From NCBI RefSeq assembly GCF_018977255.1, contig NW_024704743.1, positions 8,062,001 through 8,122,000 of the forward strand: a stretch of DNA of 60,000 nt, given 5' to 3'. A model generated the notes under the pieces. The model was given only the letters and a program-made list of their open reading frames with translations. It had not been told where the DNA came from and searched no databases. Shown here piece after piece: positions 11,031-23,084 of this stretch (position 1 is its first letter; each line of letters starts with the position of its first letter). The translations under genes were made by a program, and so were the position numbers. The stretch comes from Callorhinchus milii (taxonomy: Eukaryota).

Positions 11031-13628
11031 TGGGAGATCAGCTTTATCAATGGGAGTAATTTATATTTTTGGGAACTATTTGATGGGGGGGGGGGGAGAG
11101 TTTAAAATGTGTAACAATTTGAAAAATAGTAATATTCACCTGTAGCGTCAACCTCTCCCTCTCTGTCCATTGATGCACCTTTTAAGGCATGGTTTCCACC
11201 CCTTTTTTAAACACATACAGCTTGTACATTCAGTTTATATGTTCATTTCACTATAGCAGTATAAAAATAGTATTGTAAAGAATTTCTGTGACATAGAGAC
11301 CTCTGAGTGTTTGATGCATTTACTTTCACTGTGATGTATTATTACTGAAAGAGCTTTTACATGTTTGGCTTGTACAACACTCGTGACTAATGTTTATAAT
11401 GTATACTTTGCATATTGTACATTAGACCTTTATTTACTTTTGTATGAGGGTGTAAGTTTATAAATGCTAAAATGATTTTGTGGTGAAGTTTTTGCCTGAT
11501 GAAACAGTTTGTCTACCTTCTGCTTTAGTGATTTACTTAAACATTTATTTGATGAATATGAAAATCATAGTAAGAATGTATTTTGATTTGGTTAGAATTT
11601 GTATTTAAAACTGCTGTGTTTTTTTTAGCCATTTGGAGTGGCTTAAGCTTTCAGCAGTGATTGTCTTGAATTAAGCAAAATGGGGGGGTAAATTCAGAAA
11701 GAATCTGTGGAAGCACTACTTCAGTGAATGAGTAGTAAACCTATGGAACAGGTTCCCTAGTGGAAGCAGAAAGTGTTGATTCATTCTACGGCAATTAGAT
11801 TTCCGTTAGGAAATAATATCTTGGGATAAAATATATAATTTGGGATACTACATATCATGCGACTAAGACTAACTGGATGGATCTTCGTCTTCTTTTGCCT
11901 AGCATATTCTCTTGTTATGTTCTAAAATGCCATAAACAAATAAACTTTTTTTAATCAGAAGGGTTTGCTGAAATATCTATCCATAGTACTTTCCACTAGA
12001 GGGTACCATTTTTCAATAACTTCAATTAATAAAAATTGCAAATGCAATTTATTCCTATGCTGTATAATTTCATGATGACTGGAAACTTGAAATCTTGGTT
12101 TCACGTTTTGACACTGGCAGCATTTGGGAGAAAGTGTGTGTTAATCAAATCGTATCCTGACCATATGGCGCCAGACAGAGGTGCTTGGTTTGTGCAACCT
12201 GGAAAATAATCCTGTTTGAAAAAATCCTGTCAAAGCTTGGAGGTGAACATGATCTTTTCAATTTAGACTGTTACTGACGGTCTTGGCCTAGACTCATGAG
12301 AATGGACCAGCATTGTTGCTGGGCATTGAGAGAATCACATAATTTCTGGCCCTGAAAGTGAGAGTATTGTATACTGTATTGATGAACTTTGTCTTGAAGG
12401 CAAATTGGGCAGCGTTTCTAAGAACTTGATACGTGCATTTTGATATTATTTGACATTATTCAATGACATTATAATTGGGTCATGCAGTTGCCACTAACAA
12501 GTGGGGAAATAACAATATAGTGCCAACTTCATCCTTGTGATCTGCTGTTCAACCAATTAATACTTATGCAATGGTTATCATGTCTCAAACTTGATTGATT
12601 GCTGTAATTATTAGAAGTACTTGTTTTAATAATGAGGAAAAATTATAGATCAATTTTGAAAGTTTCTTTTCCCTAAGAAAAATGACATTCACAGAATTCT
12701 GCCTTTAAACTATTGAACTCTAATACTGGATAGATACTGTTAGTTGGTAGTCTTTCATAATGGAGTAAAAGTCCCTGTTTGAACCTGATTTCTTTAAAAG
12801 GTAGTCAAAATTATTTAATCACTGTAATGCATGTTGCATGTCCTGGTTCAAGAAAAGTGGTTTGTTAATACTGAAAGAGATCAGTTTGGTTTGGAACTGA
12901 AGATAACTATCCGATCTGTAGTGTAAATGCAGCTTAAGAGAAGGAAGTTACCTTGTACTTGGACGTTTTGTTTATATAAGCAAGAGAGCAGTGGACTTAT
13001 GAAATGAAAATAATGGGCTTATTTACACAGCCTGTTTACACAAGACAGATCAAATCCAGCCACTGTGATTCATGTAACAGTTAAGAATTGACCCTGTTTG
13101 AATGGGTGTTTATATAACTGAAACTAGTTTTTTTTTTGCAAAATAGAGAGTAGATATATGAAAAAGATAATTTTTTTTCTACACAATACATTGCTAATGG
13201 AAAGATTATGCACAAAGTACTGTTAACTTCAGATTTTGTTTCATCATCTGGCACTTTACCAGTTTGTTTGGCTTTTTAATGTTTTGCGCAAATCATGAAA
13301 ATTAATTCATATAGTATTATTTGGGCTGAGCAGTATTTTGATCCAGGATGATTAAGATTTTGAAAAGCACACTATTAGAAGAGATTTATTTTACAGTTGC
13401 AGTAGGCAATGTACAGGATATTAATTTTTGAGTCCTGTAGAGATTTAACTTCAATAACATAACTAATTGTTATTAGTAATTTTTGGGGATGAAATTAATC
13501 TTGTGTACTGTGGGCTCAAAGTTCAAAATGGCCTTCTAGAATGGTGAATATTGTATATACCTTCTTGCGGACAGAACATTGCCTATACACTACCGGTTTC
13601 AGTAGTTACTCATTTGAAGCACAAAATT

Positions 13629-13961
13629 GGGGAGTTCTGTCGTGGTTAGAGCATTTGCCTGAAAGCACGAGGACCTGGGTTCTATTCCCAGACGGTGCGC
13701 AATGTTACTGTTGACCTAGCAGTAAGTAGGAACCCGGCTGAACCCATCTGATTGGTGGATTGCTTTCCTGGGATGATAATCACTCAAAAAAATTTGGTCA
13801 CTCAATCCCGGACTATTTGTGGGACGCTGCTGTGTGTAATTGGCTGCTGCGTTTCACTCACAAAATATACAGCCAATTAACTTTACAGTATATTCTGTGA
13901 AGCGCTTTGAGATGTCTCGAAGACATGATAAGGCACTATATCAAATGCAAGGATTGCTATT
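13629..13961 (+). mobile_element. tRNA-derived SINE family B, near full length
   Basis: Head GTGGTTAGAGCA...GGGTTCTATTCC (A/B-box like), central body, L2-like tail. Confidence 0.85.
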
Positions 13962-14201
13962 TTTAATAAAATTTAACTTTTTGCCATAAATTTTAAAATG
14001 GCCTGATTTGTGGATAATTTGATCTTGAATTGAAAGCATTTTTTGCTACAGTTCTTAAATAAAAAGCTTAAATTGATTGAATTTAAATGTTTTCCAACAT
14101 TTGCACAGTTGTAAATTTAAGTAGTACTACAGGCATGGTCAAGATGAAATTGTGAGCCTTGGGTCTTTAATCACGCTTGTTTTAAGATTATAGGATTGGA
14201 T

Positions 14202-14460
14202 GTGTCATCTTGGTACAGTGATAGCACTCTTGATGGTTCAAGCCGCAGTGTGGACTGGGAATCACGTAGTCCAATGCTGTGCTGGGAAATGTTGTGTTGT
14301 TCTCACCCTTTGGAAGAGCTGTTAAACTGAGATCTTCTATGCCTGTTTAGGTGGACGTTAAAAATCCCATGGCACTATTCAAAAAGAAAAAGGAGTTTCT
14401 CCCAGTGTCCTGGAAAACAAATTCCTCAAATTCTTGCATTTGATATAGTACCTTATCACG
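14202..14460 (+). mobile_element. SINE family C, degenerate
   Basis: Deu-like block AGGTGGACGTTAAAAATCCCATGGCACTATTCAAAAAG. Confidence 0.7.
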
Positions 14461-14469
14461 TTGTTGAGA

Positions 14470-14850
14470 GGTCTTCACCTACAAAGCCCTCCACAGCCTC
14501 ACCCCACCCTGCCTCGCGACTTTCTAACTCCCTACCAACCCGTCTGCTCCCTCCACTCAGCTGGCTCCGGCCTGCTCCACGTTCCCCGACCCACCTGCTC
14601 CACCATTGGCAGAAGAGCCTTCAGCCACTCTGCCCCCAACCTCTGGAATTCCATCCCCCAATCACTCCGCCTCGCCCCTTCCTTAGCCTCCTTGAAATCC
14701 CGCCTCAAGACCCTTCTCTTCAACCATGCATTGGCCACCTCCCTTCTCCTTCCCTGACCCCAGCTTGGGTCTGAAATGCTGTATGTTGTCCAGCTCCTTG
14801 GGACGTCCTCCTGATATGAAAGGTGCTATACAAATGTAATCTTGTTGTTG
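14470..14850 (+). mobile_element. L2 LINE 3' end
   Basis: ORF2 C-terminus (GRRAFSHSAPNLWNSIPQSLR...LKTLLF), stem-loop, TTG tail. Confidence 0.9.
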
Positions 14851-15600
14851 TCTTGTTTGACCCTCAACTATCTATTCTACACCACATCTGCGCCATGACC
14901 CGCTCTGCCTTCCCCCACCTCTGGAACATCGCCCCTCTCAGCCCCCAGGCTCTGGAACTCCATCCCCCAGTGCCTTCGCCTTGCTTCCTCCCTTTCCTCC
15001 TTCAAGGCCGGTCTCAAAACCTTTCTCTTTGACCGTGCCTTCAGCTCCCCTCTCGACTCTCTTCCTCCTCCTCGCTCCCTCCCTTCCCTCCCCTCACCCT
15101 GACCATTTCCCCCCTCCTCTCTCCCTCCCTTCCCTCCCCTCACCCTGACCATTTCCCCCCTGCTCGGGTCATGACCCAACTGTGCAGCGCCTTGGGACGT
15201 CCTCCTGACGTGAAAGGCGCTCTATAAATGGAATCTTGTTGTTGTTGTTGTTGTTGTCTCACACTGCTGGCCGCCAAAATCCACAAACGTGTTTTCAATA
15301 CATTGAGGCTTGACTATGCAAACTCATTGCTTGTCGGCCTCCCCAGCTCCTCTCTCCATAGGCTGCAGATCATCCAGTAGGCTCCGCGACCCTATCACCC
15401 CCATCCTCGCCCGACTCCACTGGCTTCCCATCACATAAAGGATACAGTTCAAGTTCCTGGTCCTCACCTTCAAAGTCCTCCATGGTCTTACTCCCTCCTA
15501 CCTCTGTGATCTCTTAACCCCTTACCATCCTGCTCGCTCCCTCTGCTCAGTGGGCTCCGGCCTGCTTCATATCCCCCGCCTCGCTCACCCCACTATTGGT
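14851..15600 (+). mobile_element. Older L2 ORF2 fragment (14851-14932 plus 15257-15600) interrupted by a young L2
   Basis: The ...HLWNIA part resumes after 15256 with the RLDYANSLL / LHWLP region. Confidence 0.75.
14933..15256 (+). mobile_element. Young L2 3' end with an internal 46-bp-period tandem duplication
   Basis: About 4 substitutions versus 40666-40941. Duplicated unit at 15075-15161. Long (TTG)n tail. Confidence 0.9.
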
Positions 15601-15602
15601 GA

Positions 15603-15726
15603 ACAGGATATACTGTAAAGTGGATTGACTGTCTTTTGTGGTTGAAATGTGGCAGCCACTTGTGCACAGCAATGTCCCACAAACAGCCATGGAGTGACCA
15701 ATTTTATTTTGGGGAGATTGTTGGCC
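15603..15726 (-). mobile_element. Deu-type SINE 3' fragment
   Basis: ATACTGTAAAGTGGATTGACTG...CAGCAATGTCCCACAAACAG matches the SINE tails in the window. Confidence 0.7.
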
Positions 15727-15974
15727 TGTTTGGCCAAAATGGCCGGGCCATTTTGAACTAATTATGAATAATATGACAGAGTAATATGACCGTATTCATT
15801 TTGAACCAGATTGTAAACAGATTATTTTATGGAATTTCATTCACCAGATTAAGACCGACCACCAATACCAAATGAGACTTAAATGATTTTGTGCTGTTGG
15901 AAGGCAGGATGTAATATTCTTTGTGGATGAGTTTGGTTTGAACTTTAGGACTGGAAGAGGATTCATTTGTTTGA

Positions 15975-16530
15975 TAAACTGATTAGTCAACTCATCCATG
16001 GGTTCGCCACCTCCCGACTCGACTTTGCAAATGCCCCCTTTGCTAGTCTCGCCATGCACAGGATCCAACTGATCAAAAACTCCGCAGCCCGCATATATGT
16101 ACTAAACTCTGTACTCCCATCACGCCAGGCTCCACTGGTTCCCTATCACTGAACTGTTCGATTTCAAGATCCTCAAACTTGTTTTGAAATCCCTTTATGG
16201 CCTGGCACTTCCCTACCTCTCCGACCTGCTTATCAACAACCCGCTGCCTCTGCTCGACTGGCTCCAGCCTTCTGCATGTCCCTCGTGCCCTCTGTTCCAC
16301 TATTGGTGGCTGGGCTTTCAGCCACTATGCCTTGAAACTCTGGAACACCCTTCCTCTATCCCTTAGTCCGTTCCTTCCCCACCTTCAGGTCGTGTCTGAA
16401 GACTTTTCTATTCGACCGTGCCTAGGGTCACCTCCCCTGGCTCCTGGCTCAGCGTCGTGCTCCACCACTGTCAAGTGCTCTGGGATACTACCCTGTGTGA
16501 GGGTACTAGGTAAATGTAAGTTGTTGTTGT
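15975..16530 (+). mobile_element. L2 LINE 3' fragment, decayed
   Basis: LIHGFATSRLDFANA...IQLIKNSAAR; AFSHYALKLWNTLP; TTG tail. Confidence 0.85.
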
Positions 16531-16669
16531 TATTAGATGGGAATCTGCATATGGAATTTTATTCCAGGAGATTAATTTCACATAAAATGAGAGGGGGCCA
16601 TATGATTGGATAGTTTTATATGAACAGAAGCAAGCTTGATGAACCAAATGGTCCTTTATTCTGATTGTC

Positions 16670-17452
16670 TCGCGCCAGTGCCTCTGCACCTCAGGCTCTG
16701 GCAGCATCAACCTCCATGGTTGCACATTTCAACTCACCAGCCAGTCAGGAACCTGGGTGTCTTGTTCAACCCTCAAACTGTCTTTTCTTCCCCACATCCA
16801 AGCCATGACCCGGTCTGCCTTCCCTCACCTCCGTAACATCGCCTGACTCCACCATTACCTCACCCCTCAGGCCGCTGAAACTCTTGTTCATGCCTTCAAC
16901 ACCTCCAGGCTCAACTATGCAAACGTTTGTCGGCTTTCCCAACTCCTCCCTCCACAGGCTGCAGATAATCCAGAACTCTGCAGCCCGTGTCCTCTCCCGC
17001 ACCAAACTCCGTGACCCCATCTTCCCCCATTCTCCCCCGACTCCATTGGCTCCCTATCCTTCAGAGGATCCAGTTCAAGATCCTGATCCTCACCTACAAA
17101 GCCCTCCACGGACTCACCTCACCTCACTTCTGTGACCTCCTAACCCCCTACCAACCCGCCCGCTCAGCCAGCTCCAGCCAGCTCCACGTCCCCTGCCCCA
17201 CTATTGGCGGGACAGCCTTCAGCTACTCTGCCCCCAACCTTTGGAATTTTATCCCCCAATCACTCCGCCTCACCCCTTCCTTAGCCTCCTTCAAGTCCCG
17301 CCTCAAAACTCTCCTATTCGACCATACCATCGGTCACCTCCCTTCCCTTCTCCCCCCCTGACCCCAGCTTGGGTCTGAAATGCTGTACACTGTCCAGCGC
17401 CTTGGGACGTCCTCTCGACGTGAAAGGCGCTATACAAATGTAATGTTGTTGT
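16670..17452 (+). mobile_element. L2 LINE 3' fragment
   Basis: [59 protein letters not shown]; stem-loop and TTG tail. Confidence 0.92.
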
Positions 17453-17624
17453 TTATCATATTTCTTATACGCAAAATTTGCATAAATTTGCAGTCTCATT
17501 CAGGCCATAAAGGACAACTGAGACAAGAAGTAACAAATGGCAGCTGTCATGTTGGGGATGCTTTCCTGAAATTAAACTTGAGACACATTATTTGGCCAGA
17601 GCAGAGAGAGCTTTAATTTGAATT

Positions 17625-17904
17625 TAATAATAATAATAATCTTTGCATTTGATATGGTGCCTTATCATGTCTTCAAGACATCTCAAAGTGCTTCACAGAA
17701 TATACTGTAAAGTGAATTGACTGTATATTTTGCGGGTGAAATGCGGCAGCCAATTGCGCACAGCAGTGTCCTACAAACAGTCGTGGATTGAAGTGACCAG
17801 TTTATTATTATTTATTTTTTTAAGAAATTATTACCCCCGGAAAAGCAATCCACCAATCGACTAACAACCAGGTTCGTACTTACTGCTAAGTAAACAGAGG
17901 CGTG
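17625..17904 (-). mobile_element. SINE family B, 5'-truncated
   Basis: (ATT)n tail and body matching the other family B copies. Confidence 0.88.
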
Positions 17905-18594
17905 TTGGCTGTGTTATACCTGAAATGGTAGCATTTGATGATAATACTAAGTGATTGTATTCTATTCCTGAGCACTAATGTCCTTCAACTTGATTTACAG
18001 AAAATTCACCAAAAAAAGAACATTTGTGTCTGGCTTGTCGGAGAAATTGCATTATGGACCAGTTCACTGGTTTAAATATGTAAAATCTGTAAAGCTTATT
18101 AATTTGTATTGGTTCAGCTGCAAATTGTAGAGAAATAAGTAACCAATGATGCAAGAATTGGACTAATAAAGGCACCCAAACTCTGGGTTAATCTGGACTC
18201 TGCTCCTATTCTTCACCATGTACCAAGAGATTGTAAAACTATGCTTCCAAACCAACTAAACAAAATTGTACAGTGGTGCGCCAGTTATCCACATACCATG
18301 TAAGTTTATCTGCATCAGTTCTGAAGCAGAAATGGTTGTGGGACTGTGATACCTGCAAAAACAACCTCTTGCACATATGTGAACTTGCATTCATGTGCAT
18401 GTAGTTGTTAAGAATGCAATCCAGTTGCTTTGAGTGATTTTCTTAGCAACTGTGGGCATGTGTGTGATTTCGCACAAACCGGTTATAGATTTTTTCCTTT
18501 GAAAGGGCAAATGTCAGTCTTGCAAAGACAAATTTGCATCGAACTGTACTTCTGTAGCAATGGAATCATAAAGAGAGGCTTGCAAAGTGAAGGT

Positions 18595-20110
18595 ACTACC
18601 TTGTGATTGGTATGCAGAGAGGTAAGGAGCTGCTGCTGAAGTTTCGTAACTCCAACTGATAGAAGCCACTGCTCAGTGGGTCAATGGTGTGGGTAGGAGG
18701 ATAGTGCAGTGCTCTTGCGCTGAGTTGTGCTAAGAGACTCGCAAGAAATTCTTTGTATCCACTATCTACCAAGTGTGGGCTCAAAATTACACTTGTCAGT
18801 TGGTTAATAACCAGCCTCCTTGCCTTATCCTCCTTGGAGGGCTAGGAAAATGGGGTCTCCTTGGAGCTGAGGTGGCTCAAGGTGACGTGCCCATTGATGG
18901 AATATCAGAATCAATTTGATCTTTTATAGTGGCCTTGATAATCCAGTTCCTGAGCAAGCGGCATCTGCATTACTCCAACAACAACAAAATTACATTTATA
19001 GAGCGCCTTTCACATCGGGAGGACGTCCCAAAGCACTGAACAGTCAGGTATCGGGGCCGAGCATGGGGGGTGGTGTAGGGGTGAGGGAAGGCAGAGAGGT
19101 GGGAGGGAGACCAAAGGCACGGTCGAAGAGAAAGGTCTTGAGACCGACCTTGAAGGAGGCAAAGGAGGAAGTGATGCGAAGGGACCGTGGGATGGAGTTT
19201 CAGAGTGTGGGGGCAGAGAGGAGGGAGACATGGAGCAGGCTGGAGCCCGATGAACGGAGGGAGCGGGCAGGTTCGGAGGGAGTCAGCAGGTCAGAGAGGC
19301 AGGAGGGGGCAAGGCCATGGATGGCCTTAAAGGTGAGGACGAGGATCTTGAACTCGATCATCTGGGGGATGGGGAGCCAGTGGAGTCGGGCGAGGGTGGG
19401 AGTGATGGGGTTACGGAGCCTTGTGCGTGAGAGTACACGAGCTGCAGAATTTTGGATGATCTGCAGCGTGTGAAGGGAAGAGTTGGGAAGGCCGATGAGG
19501 AGGGAGTTCCCGTAATCGAGCCTTGAGGTGACGAATGCATGGATGAGGGTTTTGGCAGCCTGAGGGGTGAGGCAGTGGCGGAGTCTGGCAATATTGCGGA
19601 GGTGGTGGTAGGCAGTGTCGGTCATGGCGCGGATGTGGGGGAGAAAGGACAGTTCAGGGTCAAACAAGACACCCAGGTTCCTGACTGGCTTAGTGAGGTT
19701 GAGTCTGCAGCCGTGGAGGCTGATGCTGCCAGTGCCCGAGGTGCGGAGGCGCTGGTGTGTGGCAATCAGGAGGGCCTCAGACTTGCTGACATTGAGTTGG
19801 AGAAAGTTGTCCCTCGTCCAGGACTTGATGTCGGACAGGCAGTCAGTCAGGACGCCAGTAGTCCTGGAGTTCAGGGTGGAGGCAGAGAGATAGAGTTGGG
19901 TGTCATCCGCATACATGTGAAAATTTACCCCATGTCTGCGGATGACGTCACCAAGGGGGAGCATGTAGACTATATCCAAGGCACTATAGACTTGTCAGCA
20001 GGGGCTGTCACTTGGGGCAGTGATTTTTCCTACTCGGCTCCTGTTAATACTGCAAACTAAAACCCTAAGTAATAGCTTGGTCCTATCTGGACAAGACAGT
20101 GGCAAGCTAT
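18595..20110 (-). repeat. Repeat family X copy (18595-18978 and 19975-20110) split by an L2 insertion
   Basis: Left part matches the reverse complement of 26985-27335 (TCCTTGGAGCTGA, TAATCCAGTTCCT, CTGCATTACTCCA). Right part matches 58840-58965. TCCAA is duplicated at both junctions. Confidence 0.7.
18979..19974 (-). mobile_element. L2 LINE, about 1 kb and 5'-truncated, with the end of the RT domain
   Basis: Open frame 19200-19979 with [28 protein letters not shown] (YADD catalytic motif), [22 protein letters not shown]; stem-loop and TTG tail; possible TSD TCCAA. Confidence 0.95.
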
Positions 20111-21064
20111 GAAGTTTAATCTGGTTGAACTTCAGCTGCAGTTATGGTTGTATTTCCTGCTGTCTGATGCTAAAATTAATAGGAATGTGGGCCCAAACAC
20201 TTTTATCATACATCATGATTTAAAAGTGGTAATTCAAAATGTTCTCCTCTTGAAAACACTTGGGAGTCCTTTTGACACCTTCGTTCTAGCTTGACAGGAG
20301 AGAGAGGGAGGGAATAAATTATAAATAAACTGTTTGCTATTCTGAAAAGGCACAATGGTATTATAGTTGCTATTTGCCATTCTAGGGATTTTGTTTTAAC
20401 TTACAATACGCATTGTAAAGTACTCTTTACTAAACCCTTTTTGTCGTAATCTTAGAATACATGAGGGGAAGGGTGTGGAGGAAATGTGACTGAGCCTGAC
20501 AAATGGTATTAGCATTTTTATAATGTCCACTAAGGATATGTGGACTCCCAGTCAAGGCCATGTACACTCCTTACTTTTTTTTCTTGCCAAGAATGTTTAC
20601 AAAGTGTCTTGATGCAGTTTACTACTATGTGGATAATAGTGCTTGATAACTTTAGTGATGATCTACTGTTTTCCCATTCTTTGCCAATTAAATCTGTCTA
20701 TCCAAAATAGACCAGGCATGATTATGCTGCTTGGTGTACTGAGCAGCATAATGTCCAAATTAAAGGTCATTTAACCCCTTGAGGGAAAACATGAAGGAAT
20801 ATATGGTACTAACTGCAGCCTTTTACTCTGTAGATTTGCAATAAGTATGGGGAGGGAAGATTATTGATTAAATTGGATTTTGTATGATTTATACAGTTTA
20901 CCTGCAACTCTGACTTCATGTAAGTCGTTTTAAATATTATGGTCCTGATTGATACAACTTATGTGAGATTTACTGTATATCCTGTGAAGTGCTTTGGGAT
21001 GTCCTCATGTGGAAGGAGCTTTACCAAATGTAAGTCATGTCATTTTACTTGCCATTCCTTGTAG

Positions 21065-21828
21065 CTTCATCCACCAGGAATTTCCACATATACGTAAATG
21101 ACGCCCAAATCTACATCTCAGCAGTTGTTGCAGAGGCAGTCTTGAGTGGACCTCAGGTCCTGGGTGACCCTTCCAATTCCTTCAACTGAATAATAGCAAA
21201 ACTGCTCTGCTCCTGATTGTCTCTTTACCTCTGACTCTGCCAGTCTATTTGGCTACTCACTTCAAATCTCCGAGTCAGGGCACAATTTCAACCTTTTGTT
21301 AAACCCACATCTACAATTTACATTTATAATTTATCATGTCGAGAGGATGTCTCAAAGCACTTCACACAGCCGGCTGGTGGTGGTGGTAGTGGGGTGGGGG
21401 GAGTGGAGAGATGGATGAAAGTGTAGTCAAAAATGGCTTTTGAGCCCTCCAATTAGAATTTCATCCAGTTTTTGACCAAGTCCACTTTCCTTCCCTTCTG
21501 TAATAATAATAATAATCCTTGCATTTAATAATCCTTGCAGCCAATATTGCCCGCCGCTATCAAACTGCCTCTGCAATGTAGCCAGAGCCTTCATTCATCA
21601 CTTCCAACTTTAATTTGTCCAAAGCACTCCTTGCTAGTCTTCCTATAGCTCAACCCACCACAAGTTCTAGGTTGTCCAGAACTTTTCTCACATTCTTTCT
21701 GTGTCCGCTGCTCTGTCCTCAGCAGGTTTCACTGGTTCTCTATTCACCAGATCTTCATTTTTGATTGTCAGGATCTTCATTGTAACATTCAAATGCCTCC
21801 ACTCTTGCTCATTCTACTTCAGTGTGAT

Positions 21829-21864
<36 letters not shown>

Positions 21865-22040
21865 ACTCCTATCTGTTCCCTATGCTCTTCTAATTAGGGG
21901 CTGCTTCTCATTCCCCACCATTGGCAGTTGAGCTTTCGGCCACATTGCCCTAACGTCTGAAGCTCCCTCCCTAAACCATTCCACCTTGCACCCTCATTCT
22001 TTTAGGAGGGTTTTGAAGGCAAAGAATGAGGGTGCACCTT
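21065..22040 (+). mobile_element. Highly decayed L2 with small internal insertions
   Basis: FHIYVNDAQIYIS-like remnant at about 21080; LHWF, IVTFKCLH and IGS*AF-like remnants further on. Confidence 0.6.
21830..21864. repeat. Poly-C run of 35 nt
   Basis: Direct reading of the sequence. Confidence 0.95.
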
Positions 22041-22232
22041 CCTTCTGTCCTCCTTTATATTGTTCATCCTTTTATGCTAGTTAAAAAGAACAGTCAGTCC
22101 ATATTAGCACTGAATTTTACACAATTCTATGTGATTATAATATACTGTAGTCTTGCAGGCAAAGACTAGAGAAATTTCATGCTCAGGTTGATTTTGAAAA
22201 TGCATTTAAACTGACATTTTTTATTTCTACAG

Positions 22233-22355
22233 CTGGCAGAGATTGAGTGAATTGTGCAAAAAAGACTTGGAGACATACTTAGATAGAATTCCTCACTTTC
22301 ATCATAAATAATTTTGAGAGTCAACACATTGTGTTTCAGTCTTTTTATTGAATAA
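22233..22355 (+). other. Candidate internal exon of 123 nt, probably 5' UTR
   Basis: Branch-point-like CTGAC at 22211, T-rich tract, CTACAG| acceptor, donor TAA|GTATGT; non-repetitive sequence. Confidence 0.5.
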
Positions 22356-23084
22356 GTATGTTGAAGTGAGAGAAAAAGTTAACATTGTTCGTTTGCATTT
22401 GAAGCAGTGTTTCAAGGAGCTTGAAATGTTTTTTTGGTGGGAGAAAGTTTTCTCTACTTTATTTTTTTGATGGAATATCTTGGAGAGAGATGTAAATTGT
22501 ATATGTTCTGTATATTTGTCATCTAATGCTGATACAGTTCTTATCACTCAAATATAAATGAGATCTCCATGTAGAATCTGAATGGTTTTCTTATAAAGGA
22601 CTTTTTTTAATACATATTTATCTAAAGATTTCACCGTCCATGTGACTTCCGTGTAGTTTTAATTCTATTACTATTTTGCACTGCACAGTTAATCTGACAA
22701 ACCTGTATGAACATACTGGCTGCCAAAGTTTACAAATCTTAATTTTTCATTTCAGATCCTACATATCTCAACCACTTCAAAAGCTGTTGCTGATGCATAC
22801 AAAGAAAACTAAACCTTTGTGGTTACATTGTAGATGTACTAAAAAGCTGCCTTTAGATACATTTTGTAAGCTTGTCTGAAATTTCTTCCCATTTTGGGTT
22901 TCAGTGATTGATGTAGAAAAAGTCCTGGAATAAATGTTTGGAAATCCAGTATACAATTACAAAACAAAGTACACAACTTTAATTAATGAAATAATGGTAT
23001 TGATTTAAAAAAAATCTTGATGATGCTAAAAATAATAATTCTTACCTTTGATACAGCGCCTTTCAAGTTGGGAGAACTTCCCAT

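Noticed and set aside
12072..12160. C box ATGATGA and D box CTGA at snoRNA-like spacing
   Set aside because: No terminal stem, no clear C'/D' boxes and no recognisable rRNA/snRNA guide.
18390..18470. Short inverted repeat AGTTGTTAAGAA / TTCTTAGCAACT
   Set aside because: Possibly an old MITE centre, but I could not extend the arms convincingly by eye.
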